NCBI GenBank assembly: GCA_035559535.1
Contig: DATMBG010000035.1
Span: forward strand, 1 to 64,000
Length of the DNA stretch: 64,000 bases
Direction of reading: 5' to 3'
Source: Candidatus Limnocylindrales bacterium
Lineage (GTDB): Bacteria > Moduliflexota > Moduliflexia > Moduliflexales > JAUQPW01
Made by a program: the position numbers and the translations under genes
Shown here: piece after piece, positions 9,372-18,486 of the stretch
Position numbering within the stretch: position 1 is the first letter of the stretch
Layout of the letters: every line of letters begins with the position of its first letter
The notes under the pieces: model-generated
Databases searched by the model: none
What the model was told of the DNA's origin: nothing
Seen by the model: only the letters and a program-made list of their open reading frames with translations

Positions 9372-12300
9372 CTAATGGTCCAGGTACCATTTTCCTTCCG
9401 TTGGTCGCCAAACTGCCCGATCTGTTCTGCCATCCCCATCATAATCGGCCGGTACCGGAACATCTCCCTTCCGCCCCAATGGCTCTTTAACAGTAACTTC
9501 ACGGCTTGAGAACTTAATCTCCCATTCCCCTGAAGCCGGCTTAAAGATCCCTATATCTGTGAAGCCGTCCCCATCATAATCCCCAACCACCGGGAGGTCT
9601 CCCATCTGTCCCCAGGAGAGGATGCTAAATCCACCCGTTGATAACTGGATATACCATTTTCCTTCCGTTGGTCGCCAGATGGCCAAGTCGGTAATCTTAT
9701 CTCCATCATAATCGGCCGGTACAGGAATATCCCCACTTTGGCCCCATACTCTGGTGACGACAGCCCCTCCCCGGGAAGGTTTAATCCTCCAAATTCCGGT
9801 GGAAGGCCGGAAGACGGCCAGATCGGTCAGTCCATCTCCATCGTAATCCCCGGAAACGGGAATATCCAAGGCTTTTCCAAACCTTTTCATGAGCGTTCCT
9901 CCTGAAGATTTCTGAATGAACCAGGTTCCCGTGGAGGAGCGAAATACGGCAAAATCCGCTTTTTTATCTCCATCATAATCCCCTGTTACAGGCTGATCCC
10001 CCAAAACCCCCCAGGGTTGAATGAAAGGACTTGTACTTGAACTCAGCAAGAGATACCAATTCCCGTCAAAAGGCCGGAAGACGGCCAGATCTGCTTTGTT
10101 ATCTCCATCGTAATCCGCCGGCATCGGAATATCTCCGGCTATACCCCAACTTTGAGCCGTCTGTAAAGATGGAGAATCTGGGGCGGATGGATTAACCGGG
10201 TTAGAAACTGGAATAAGAGCCTGGGTAATGGTCGGAACGGGTATGGGGGTGGCCGTCGGAACAGGCGTCAGAGTAGCCGTCGGAACCGGAGTGGGGGTAG
10301 ATTTTGGGCGTGGTTTTGATTTAACTTTGGGGGTTGGCGTGGGAGTGGCCGTTGGAATCGGAGTTGGAACGGGAGTGGAAATCGGAGTTGGAACAAGAGG
10401 GGGAGTGGCCGTTGGAATCGGAGTGGAAGTTGGGGTGGAAGGAATGGAATCCGCTTCATAGGCCCCGATATCGATTCCATTACCATTGACCGGGCGTACG
10501 GTAAAACTCTGTTCGGTTACATACTGCCATTGGGGAACCACCGGGGGTATAATGCCGGCATCCACTACAGAGGCCCCAGGAGTCAGATGATAATCTTTAT
10601 TCACCATATCTACAAAACCCGGATTCGTTCCCAAAATGGTATCCGTAAAACCTGTTGGAACCACGGTACCGGTTTGAAACCAGTTGGACTGTCCCTGAAT
10701 GGTTCCCGTGGTATTACCTGAGCTTACTTTGGTACTTCCATAATAAATGTTGTTGATGACCGACGCAGAGGCAGAACCAGTCAGGGTGAAGAGGGGTGTC
10801 GTGTTAGACAAGGCTATGAGGGTATTATTATACATCTGTAAGGTCCCCTGTCGTCCATCATTGCCGAACAGGATCAGCAAGGACTGATTACCGGTACTCC
10901 CCTTCTCAATAATATTTCCGATCACCAGGGCATTCTGCGCTACTCCACCAGCTGAAGGGTTTCCGCTGAAGTCTAACTCATAACCCCCCTGCTGCGCATG
11001 ACTGATGTGATTGTAGGCAACTTCTACAGCAATCCCCTGGGAATCCGGCAATGAACGATCCTTGATGTTTATTCCTCCGATGGCATCGTGAATGTAGTTG
11101 AAGCGAATGTGGGTTCCGATACCCTGCATATAAAAGTTGTGCTCAAAACCATCCACGCCATTATAGGCGACTTCACAACCCTCGATAACTGTATTGGTCG
11201 CAGGGAGATAGGAGAAGATCCCGTTCGGATTGTGATGGATATAGCAATCCCGGAGGGTAATATTAGTCCCCAAGATGTAAACTGCACGGTTGTTTTTATC
11301 GGGTCCCGGCTGGACATTTCGTATTTCGATGTGTTGAAGCTCGATATCATGGCTCGTCGAATCAAACTTCCATAAATAACCGTAAGTATCTACATTGACA
11401 TTGGTGCCGTCCCATACGGCCCGTGTCGGATCTATACCTCTAATAATTACCGGATTTCCAGGTGTACCCGAGTGATTTCCGGTTAAGACAATCCGATCCT
11501 TGTAAATTCCGGTGGAGCGAATCTGCACGATATCTCCTCCGACCAGTTTCTTCGTAGCCAGAAGGGACGATAGGCTGTTATAAACATTCCCAGCTGGTGT
11601 GGCCGTTGCATCAACCGTATAAACGGTACCAGTTGAGGTTCCTAACGTTGTAAAGGTTAGATCTGAAGAAATGGCCAGATTACCTGCAGCGTCCCTAGAT
11701 TTAACTCGATAGTGATACAGGGTATTGGGGATCAGATTGGAGAGAATTTGAGAGTGAGAGAGCGTCAAAGTCGGATTCACAGAGGTGGATTGGCCATAAG
11801 CCGTCATCACGCCGTATTCGACCTGGGTATCGGAAACTTCACTGGTATTCCAGTTGATGGTCACACCAGATGAGGTCAGAGCAGTTAGGGTGATATTAAA
11901 AAGAGTAGGCGGGGTTATATCGGCCGGGGAAGGCGTCGGCGTGGGAGTTGAAGTCGCCGTTGGAGCAGGAGTCGGCGTAGATGTGGGAACAGGAGTGGGG
12001 ACGGGAGAAGAAGTAGCCTGGGCTACGTTGGACATGGCACTCATATTATCGGCCTGATCAAAGGTAAAGATGGCGGCATAGAAAGGAGTTGCAGAAGAAG
12101 GGTTAATAACCAGACTTTGCTGGGTTCCAGGGTTAGGAATCAGATTTGGACCCACGGCTTTTGCGGCCCACCAGTTTGTGACACTGGTATCTGGAGTACT
12201 CGTTTCAGAGATGGGTTTTGTACTCCAGACGATGTGATAACGGGCCAGGTCAGGAACTGCGGGGGCCGTCCAGGTTAATAGAATACTGGAACCGCTAATA

Positions 12301-14894
12301 ACGGCTTTTAGATCGGTAATTGCCGGAGGTGGGGTCGTATCGGGTCGGGGCGTGTTCTTGACAAAAAGATAATACCGTCCCTCAAATTGCCCACTCCAGG
12401 TGGTGAAATTTCCATAGGGCCTGGCTCCTCCGTTTAACCCACCTATCACATACTGCGTGACATGGTTCCAATACTTCTGCTTTCCCGTGTGCCAATAATA
12501 CCAGGCTTCAGGGTCAACCAATGTCAGCCCTGTTCCATCCGATGGAACTGTCCCTGCACTATACGTCCCATAACTTCCGGTATTGGAATCCTTCCGCTTA
12601 CCCGTACGGGCATCATAAAAATAGGAAAAATTTCCATAATGGTAATTCCATTCCATCAATCCCGATAAGTAATTGAATCCCTCGGCATAGGCCTGCCAGT
12701 CTTCGCCGCGAACTTCTTCCAGATAGTCAATAAGGGCCCGAGCCAGGTACCCGGTTTGAAATCCGCCCCCTGTACTTTCTACACTGGATAATTGATCCCC
12801 ATATCCGGGGTCCTGATCGGGTCTGAGAAAATTCCTGATATGGTCCTTGAACCGGGTCAGGATACTGGTATCTCCCGTTGCTTTATAGGCTTGCAGAGCA
12901 TGATTTAAAGAATGACCTAAGGCCCGACTGGATCTATCGGGAACCGGATCCAATCGCTCCAGGGACGTCCTTCTAAATTCGGCGATGAACCGGTACCAGT
13001 CTTTGATCCATGGATTCCCGGTCAAATTATAGGCTTCATCTACATGGTAAAACCATCCATGTTCATTGTCCCGAGCATACCACACTGGACCCCCACTCCC
13101 GCTCAAATAGGGGGCATCCATCCGGGGTACGCTCCACCCATCAAACCTTCTCCAGGCTCCTTCACAATAGGGATTCTCGGTCAATCTTAGAAAATTCCAA
13201 TCTTGATCATGGATATACTGGGCCATCCACTGTTTACGAAGGTTTAACTCCCCGATGGCCCGCTCTTCCAAAGCAAAGTAATCACTGGGATTTTCTGTCA
13301 CGATCCACGCCCCCAATCCATAAGGCCATCCCCCCGTCTGACAGGATCGCTTTCGATACAAGTCCCGATCTCCGAAATTAACCCAGTTAAACTGGTAGGT
13401 AGTATCTCCTACCGTATAAGCATTCAGGGGGTACGTCAGTTGACGTTGATCATTGGTTGAAATCTTCTGGGTATAAGGGATTACACCTCCCAAATCCAGA
13501 GTGACCTGGGTCTGTTGATACCAATTCGTGGGTAATGTAACCACCGGATAATATTGGAAAGTCTTGGCCAGGTTGATCAGTTCAGTAGTGGAACTCGAAG
13601 TTCCGTGGAAGTAGAGCATCGTCTCTTTGTAAACATGTTGCATGTCTTCCAGCCAGTATAAACCGATAGGGCTGATCTGATCTTGGTACCACTGGGCACT
13701 CCATCTCGGAAACAACTGCAAAGAGAGTTTGTTTTGGCCGTCCACTTCCAATCCATTAGGCCACATCTGCCAGAAGTTACGAATCATCGCTGTAACCCCT
13801 CGACTCCCATCACTGACATCTATAAACCCTTCTGGCTGGCTTCCCGAACTCAGTACACCGCCCGTTGCCAGATCATAAATCTTAAAACTGTTGTGGAACT
13901 CTTGAGCCAGATATAAACCATTACCGGCAGATCTCTGATAAACCGAGCCGTTCCCTAACCCAAACCTGACTGTAGGATTGGTAACCAGATTTAATCGTAA
14001 TTCCAGATTCATCTCTTCAAAGTAGAGGGGCCAGGCGTAGGCTTTGTTTTTGGCCGAGTTTTGGAGCTGGTAATCGACTTTGACAAAGGGTTTACCAACA
14101 TAGGCATAGATACGAACGGCAAATCCGTGTTTATGATCGGTGGTGCTGTTATAAATCGTGGGAGCCTCTGCCCGGATAATCACCCGCATCGGACCGGACT
14201 CCTCCACTTGAACGGTGGTACTGGATAGGGAAGAATCCAACTGTATATCTCCGGCCAATCGACCCACGAACTTACCCCCATTCTGAGCGTTGGCCATGAT
14301 GATCTGTTCCGAAGCTTCAAAAACTCCGTTATTATTCTGATCTAACCACAGTTCATTGAAGAGATTAAAACCGGTTTTTTTTACGGTAAACTTAAGAGGA
14401 CCTGTCACCACAGTTATATCGGTAGAAGTTTCTGTGACGCTCAGGCCGGTAGAAGTCGGATTTCCCAGACCATCATCCCTGAGAAAGTAGGAGGCGACTC
14501 CGGTGCCGGGGGAGGTAAAGGGGGGAATAGTGGGTTGGAAATGGATAAGGAGATGGCGGATGCTGTTATCTTTGCCCCACCAGCGATTTAAGACGTTAAA
14601 TTGGGCCGGTACCGTATTGCCCGAAGCATCGATGATACGAAAGATGTTGGGATCCCGATATTGACCGAAGGGAAGAGGAACGACGGCGGTGACAGGATAA
14701 CCATCGGCTCCAACCCCTGCAGTCTCTTTGACGGTTAAGGGAACCTCTAAAGCATAGGTTTGGGTATCAGAAAATAAAAATAAAAGGAATATAATTAAGA
14801 AGACGATCAGATGAGGATTTTGAGAAGATTTGACCCTGGATCCGGGGAAAACCATCCTCTTCTCTATACGACCCCATAGTAGAGTTTTTTTCAT
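9372..14894 (-). CDS. Giant secreted multidomain protein: exo-rhamnogalacturonan-lyase-like (PcRGLX/YetA-like) region, two FN3-like domains, right-handed beta-helix, Pro/Thr linkers, FG-GAP/VCBS-like repeats
   Basis: Signal peptide ending TYA-LEV; VEESGPMRVIIR and RNFWQMWP motifs; TLYHYRVKSRDAAGN; HHNPNGI/EHNFY beta-helix with DIGAYE end; five PxxxDYDGDxxxDxAxxR repeats. Confidence 0.75.
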   Translation of the reverse strand: MKKTLLWGRIEKRMVFPGSRVKSSQNPHLIVFLIIFLLFLFSDTQTYALEVPLTVKETAGVGADGYPVTAVVPLPFGQYRDPNIFRIIDASGNTVPAQFNVLNRWWGKDNSIRHLLIHFQPTIPPFTSPGTGVASYFLRDDGLGNPTSTGLSVTETSTDITVVTGPLKFTVKKTGFNLFNELWLDQNNNGVFEASEQIIMANAQNGGKFVGRLAGDIQLDSSLSSTTVQVEESGPMRVIIRAEAPTIYNSTTDHKHGFAVRIYAYVGKPFVKVDYQLQNSAKNKAYAWPLYFEEMNLELRLNLVTNPTVRFGLGNGSVYQRSAGNGLYLAQEFHNSFKIYDLATGGVLSSGSQPEGFIDVSDGSRGVTAMIRNFWQMWPNGLEVDGQNKLSLQLFPRWSAQWYQDQISPIGLYWLEDMQHVYKETMLYFHGTSSSTTELINLAKTFQYYPVVTLPTNWYQQTQVTLDLGGVIPYTQKISTNDQRQLTYPLNAYTVGDTTYQFNWVNFGDRDLYRKRSCQTGGWPYGLGAWIVTENPSDYFALEERAIGELNLRKQWMAQYIHDQDWNFLRLTENPYCEGAWRRFDGWSVPRMDAPYLSGSGGPVWYARDNEHGWFYHVDEAYNLTGNPWIKDWYRFIAEFRRTSLERLDPVPDRSSRALGHSLNHALQAYKATGDTSILTRFKDHIRNFLRPDQDPGYGDQLSSVESTGGGFQTGYLARALIDYLEEVRGEDWQAYAEGFNYLSGLMEWNYHYGNFSYFYDARTGKRKDSNTGSYGTYSAGTVPSDGTGLTLVDPEAWYYWHTGKQKYWNHVTQYVIGGLNGGARPYGNFTTWSGQFEGRYYLFVKNTPRPDTTPPPAITDLKAVISGSSILLTWTAPAVPDLARYHIVWSTKPISETSTPDTSVTNWWAAKAVGPNLIPNPGTQQSLVINPSSATPFYAAIFTFDQADNMSAMSNVAQATSSPVPTPVPTSTPTPAPTATSTPTPTPSPADITPPTLFNITLTALTSSGVTINWNTSEVSDTQVEYGVMTAYGQSTSVNPTLTLSHSQILSNLIPNTLYHYRVKSRDAAGNLAISSDLTFTTLGTSTGTVYTVDATATPAGNVYNSLSSLLATKKLVGGDIVQIRSTGIYKDRIVLTGNHSGTPGNPVIIRGIDPTRAVWDGTNVNVDTYGYLWKFDSTSHDIELQHIEIRNVQPGPDKNNRAVYILGTNITLRDCYIHHNPNGIFSYLPATNTVIEGCEVAYNGVDGFEHNFYMQGIGTHIRFNYIHDAIGGINIKDRSLPDSQGIAVEVAYNHISHAQQGGYELDFSGNPSAGGVAQNALVIGNIIEKGSTGNQSLLILFGNDGRQGTLQMYNNTLIALSNTTPLFTLTGSASASVINNIYYGSTKVSSGNTTGTIQGQSNWFQTGTVVPTGFTDTILGTNPGFVDMVNKDYHLTPGASVVDAGIIPPVVPQWQYVTEQSFTVRPVNGNGIDIGAYEADSIPSTPTSTPIPTATPPLVPTPISTPVPTPIPTATPTPTPKVKSKPRPKSTPTPVPTATLTPVPTATPIPVPTITQALIPVSNPVNPSAPDSPSLQTAQSWGIAGDIPMPADYDGDNKADLAVFRPFDGNWYLLLSSSTSPFIQPWGVLGDQPVTGDYDGDKKADFAVFRSSTGTWFIQKSSGGTLMKRFGKALDIPVSGDYDGDGLTDLAVFRPSTGIWRIKPSRGGAVVTRVWGQSGDIPVPADYDGDKITDLAIWRPTEGKWYIQLSTGGFSILSWGQMGDLPVVGDYDGDGFTDIGIFKPASGEWEIKFSSREVTVKEPLGRKGDVPVPADYDGDGRTDRAVWRPTEGKWYLDH
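10225..10445 (-). repeat. Pro/Thr-rich coding tandem repeat (linker)
   Basis: Repeated TPVPTA/TPIPTA units; a second PT linker lies at about 11925-12010. Confidence 0.8.
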
Positions 14895-14989
14895 TGCCTA
14901 CCCTTTCTAAGCATGGGCTAGAGAGTTTACTAGCCTATGGATAACCCAATACAGGTTGGAGATCTCCCATAAAGATTAGATAAGCCACG

Positions 14990-15059
14990 AAAAAAGCCCG
15001 GGCGGGACACAGGCTCAGAAGGATTCCCTATTCTCCCTCAGGCAAGAAACGCCCGGAGC
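14990..15059 (-). terminator. Candidate intrinsic terminator/attenuator in the leader of the 1840-aa gene
   Basis: Minus strand GCTCCGGGCG ... CGCCCGGGC followed by TTTTTT, between the riboswitch and the start codon. Confidence 0.5.
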
Positions 15060-15226
15060 GGAGAAGCAAGGGATTTCTCTGAAGACTGGTTAAAACTCTT
15101 TTTAAGAATTTACCGGGTAGCACCTTCAGAAACGGAAACCAGATCCTTCTGTTTTGGATTGAGGAAATCAGGAAAGTAGTAAAAAATAAGGTAAAAAGCG
15201 GAAAGACTTAATTCTTGCTTTACGAT

Positions 15227-15317
15227 TTCCTTCGGCAACCCTTCTACCATGGTAAAAATTTACTTTAGGTAGTGGTTTTCCGCCCCGCTCTTTCGAGTGG
15301 TTTAGCTTTATCGGGAA
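15227..15317 (-). promoter_or_regulatory. Cyclic di-GMP-I (GEMM) riboswitch aptamer
   Basis: Minus strand CGATAAAGCTAAACCACTC-GAAA-GAGCGGGGCGGAAAACCACTACCTAAAG...CATGGTAGAAGGGTTGCCG: P2 with GAAA tetraloop, CCTAA/ATGG receptor in P3, conserved AAACC, CGGAAA and GCCG elements. Confidence 0.85.
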
Positions 15318-15485
15318 ATAACCTGGGATACTCCCTTTGAGTATTCGTTATTTCAAGAATTCCTTCGATTCCATTGCCTTTCCTCTCCTTAAGGGGTCGG
15401 TTTCAAACCGACCCTTGACTCCACGAAACGCAAATCGGTCTGAGTACTCAACAAATTTATGGACTGTTTGTTCCGGAATCAGAGA

Positions 15486-15501
15486 AGCAAGGGATTTACC
15501 A
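15486..15501 (-). promoter_or_regulatory. Candidate sigma54 promoter upstream of the riboswitch
   Basis: Minus strand TGGTAAATCCCTTGCT (GG-N10-GC, TTGCT). Confidence 0.6.
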
Positions 15502-16066
15502 TTTCATAGAATAGAACAACTTGATCCAGATACTTCTACGACAGGTAAGAGAGAGGTTGTAAGGGTTGAAAGAAAATGAAACAGCCCAAGGAGGGAAAAA
15601 CCGAGAAGCAAATAAATAATGAAACAGCTTTTGGATAGACGAAAACTTCCAAATTTATAAAATTTGCAAGAAATCAGTTAAATTCTTTTTATAATTAATT
15701 TACAACGTAATTTAGTACGCTGTTTTAAACATCCTTTTGAAGAAGAATGAAGTGGGTCCAGGAGAAAATGGACTAACTTTTCTGGAAAAATTCCATAGTT
15801 TTTGGAACTTTATGATTGACAATCCTGGGCTGGTACCATATCTTCTTTATGGGATTTGTCTGATACCCAGAACCTTTCTACAAAGGCTGAAAACCACGAG
15901 ATACAACTTTTTTGGGAAAGATTCAATTCGTAAAAATTCTTAAAATTCATAAAATTTAAAATCTTCCATCTTATACTTAGAATAAATTATTTATTGTAGA
16001 TAAAAGATATTCCCATGAAACCATTCAGGTAATTGAAGTGAATTTAATAGGACTAAAGATGTAGTA

Positions 16067-16082
16067 TGGTAAGAAAATTGCT
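16067..16082 (+). promoter_or_regulatory. Candidate sigma54 promoter of the OmpA-family gene
   Basis: TGGTAAGAAAATTGCT (GG-N10-GC, TTGCT). Confidence 0.6.
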
Positions 16083-16438
16083 TTCTATTTTTTTGGATAC
16101 AGAGTAGGAATCCAGGCCGGTGATTTTATAACCTTACTTAGTTACATTCCTAAGATCCTCTATGAGTTAAGGGCTGCTTTTTCAATGGCTGACGTTTTCT
16201 TCTTATGCAGGTTCTACAGGATAAATAGGGAAAAACTGTAAAACCTGCTAGACAAATAAATCTTTTCCTACTCCTAAAGGGGGTGGTCGTTAGACAAGAG
16301 TGAACTGATAGACTCATTCTCGTGAAATGCTCAAAGGGGTTTATTTCAACCTCTAGGTTAGGGTTTATTTTTCGTTACTTGGAAGTCATGTTCTTATGGA
16401 GTTATACCCGTTAATCCTGAAAAGAAGGGAGGTTTGTA

Positions 16439-18154
16439 ATGAGAAAGAGACGTATAGCTATTCTTGGTTCTCTTATGTTTTTTACCCTCTGTCTTTTTAA
16501 TCTCGTGAATGCTGCAGAGACAACTGAAGTTGGAGGTTCTGAGCAATCCTTTCCTGATTCCCATCTACCTTACTGGTATGTCCCCACGAAATTTGGAACA
16601 ACCGGACTCTATTCCCTCTTTGGAGCTGATACCGTAGGCCATAAAGGTTTTTCTCTAGGAGTATATGGGGATTTTACCCAATCAGCTCTACCCGCAGATC
16701 CTCGAGATCTGGATATTTTTCAGTTAAGGGTTGTTGGGACTTTTGGGATAACTGACCGAATCGAGATTGGTGGGATGGTTCCTTATGTACGGATCAAAGC
16801 AGATTCAGAATTTGGTCTTCCAGAGATCGATGAAAGTGGGATTGGAGATATCAATTTAGTCGGTAAAGTGAGTCTGGTGCTGGATAGGCGAGGCGTACCT
16901 GGAATTGGAGTTTTTGGGAGGGTTTCTTTTCCTTCCGGAGATGAAAATAAAGGTCTGGGAAGTGGGACAACGGATTTTGAATTGGGAGGTATTATCAGCA
17001 AACATGCTGGCCCTCTGACCCTGTATGGAAATGTGAGTTACTTCTTCTCCGGAGAGGGGGATACCGTTACGGCTAACTGCATGGTTCCTCAAAGTGTTGC
17101 GGCAGGGATTTGTACCCAGGGAATTTTTGAAAATGCCGTCTTTTATGGAGGCGGGGTTGAAGTGACGGTAGCCAGAAGTGCCACCAGTCGATTTTCTATC
17201 TTTGGAGAAGCCAAGTTCTTCCATGAAACCCGAAGTGAGAGTGATTCGAAGGAAAGTCCTCTGGACAATGTGGATGATGGAGGAGAAGGACTTGTAGGGA
17301 TTCGTTTGGGTTTCTCCAACGGATTAGCCATTACCGGAGGATGGGGGGGTAAGCTTGCAGGAGATGAACCGGTTCCCGAGGCCCCTGTAAGTCATATTTT
17401 TGGTGGTCTTACCTATACCTTTGCAGCGAAACCTGCTCCGCCACCGGTTCCAACGCCAACACCGACCCCACCACCACCGGCTCCGACACCGGCTCCGCCA
17501 CCTGTCGTACGTAATCAGTGCCCGGAGATCACCACGATGACTGCAAGCCCGGATAAAGTCACCGGAGGTGGAAGTGTTCAAATTCGAGTTGAGGCCCGGG
17601 ATCCCGATGCAGGACCGTCTCCATTGACCTACACCTGGAGTGCTACGGGAGGTCGAATTGAAGGATCCGGCCCAGAGGTTACCTGGATAGCTCCAAGCTG
17701 CCGCGAACTGGGTGCCCCATCTAGAACCTTCGACATTACAGTGAAGGTCAGTGATGGAGATCCGGCCTGCGACATTACACGGACTGTAACAGTTGAAGTA
17801 ACTTGTGAAGAAGTTCTGGAAGGTACCGTTAATTTCGGACCCGGCAGCGCCCGCTTAGATAATATTGCCAAAGCTATCCTGGACAATATTGCAACTTCAC
17901 TCCAGCAATTCCCAGATCAGAGTATTGTTCTCAGGGGTTATTCGGACAACGTAGGCACTGAAGAAGCGAATCGGCGTATATCTCAAAGACGGGCCGAAGC
18001 GGTGAGAGATTATCTGGTCAGACGCCATGGAATTGATCCAGGCCGTATTACCATAGAAGCCCATGGCTCTGAGAACCCCGTTGCATCCAATGAAACTGAA
18101 GAAGGACGACGCCAGAATAGAAGAGTGGAAATCTATAGAGTTCCATTTAAATAA
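16439..18154 (+). CDS. OmpA-family outer membrane protein (N-terminal beta-barrel-like region, proline linker, Ig-like domain, OmpA C-terminal peptidoglycan-binding domain)
   Basis: Signal peptide; GIGDINL, FPSGDENKGLGSG; poly-Pro; LTYTWSATGG; GYSDNVG...NRRISQRRAEAVRDYL...RRQNRRVEI; GGAGG RBS. Confidence 0.88.
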   Translation: MRKRRIAILGSLMFFTLCLFNLVNAAETTEVGGSEQSFPDSHLPYWYVPTKFGTTGLYSLFGADTVGHKGFSLGVYGDFTQSALPADPRDLDIFQLRVVGTFGITDRIEIGGMVPYVRIKADSEFGLPEIDESGIGDINLVGKVSLVLDRRGVPGIGVFGRVSFPSGDENKGLGSGTTDFELGGIISKHAGPLTLYGNVSYFFSGEGDTVTANCMVPQSVAAGICTQGIFENAVFYGGGVEVTVARSATSRFSIFGEAKFFHETRSESDSKESPLDNVDDGGEGLVGIRLGFSNGLAITGGWGGKLAGDEPVPEAPVSHIFGGLTYTFAAKPAPPPVPTPTPTPPPPAPTPAPPPVVRNQCPEITTMTASPDKVTGGGSVQIRVEARDPDAGPSPLTYTWSATGGRIEGSGPEVTWIAPSCRELGAPSRTFDITVKVSDGDPACDITRTVTVEVTCEEVLEGTVNFGPGSARLDNIAKAILDNIATSLQQFPDQSIVLRGYSDNVGTEEANRRISQRRAEAVRDYLVRRHGIDPGRITIEAHGSENPVASNETEEGRRQNRRVEIYRVPFK

Positions 18155-18200
18155 ATGAGTTGATTTTCCTCAAACCCTGAAAACAAGCTTCTGATAAAAA

Positions 18201-18294
18201 GAGATTGCCCTATGACTCAATCCATAAGGGCAATCTCGCCATAAAAATGTCTGGAATGAAAAACCCGTTTTTCTAAGGAAACGGGTTTTTCATT
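18201..18294 (+). terminator. Two tandem hairpins, the second terminator-like
   Basis: GAGATTGCCC...GGGCAATCTC (18201-18237) and AATGAAAAACCCGTTT...AAACGGGTTTTTCATT (18255-18294). Confidence 0.7.
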
Positions 18295-18486
18295 AAAAGA
18301 CTATGTTTTGGAAGCAATCCACAGCATGGTAAAGCTTTATAGATACTCTGACAACCTGAGAAACTGAGGTTATTTCCTCTACCGGTTTAAAATCACCGTC
18401 AATACCAGAGTTTAACATCAAAAAATCCAGTACCTAAGGTAAGAATGATAAAGGAAGTGTGAAACAAGTAGGATGGAGATGAGAAG

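Noticed and set aside
9385-9677. Exact 26-bp direct repeat as a DGR template/variable repeat pair
   Set aside because: Both copies lie in FG-GAP-like coding repeats, with no adenine-specific mismatches and no reverse transcriptase nearby
15061-15076. GAGAAGCAAGGGATTT, identical to 15482-15497, as a second sigma54 promoter
   Set aside because: The -24 GG is missing in this copy; the 16-bp duplication is real but I cannot assign a function
15227-15317. 3',3'-cGAMP-specific (GEMM-Ib) riboswitch
   Set aside because: The specificity position equivalent to Vc2 G20 is G, not A, so c-di-GMP is the better prediction; untested
15337-15943. 80-aa and 68-aa plus-strand ORFs in the divergent spacer
   Set aside because: TTG starts, no clear RBS or domain; the first overlaps minus-strand regulatory elements
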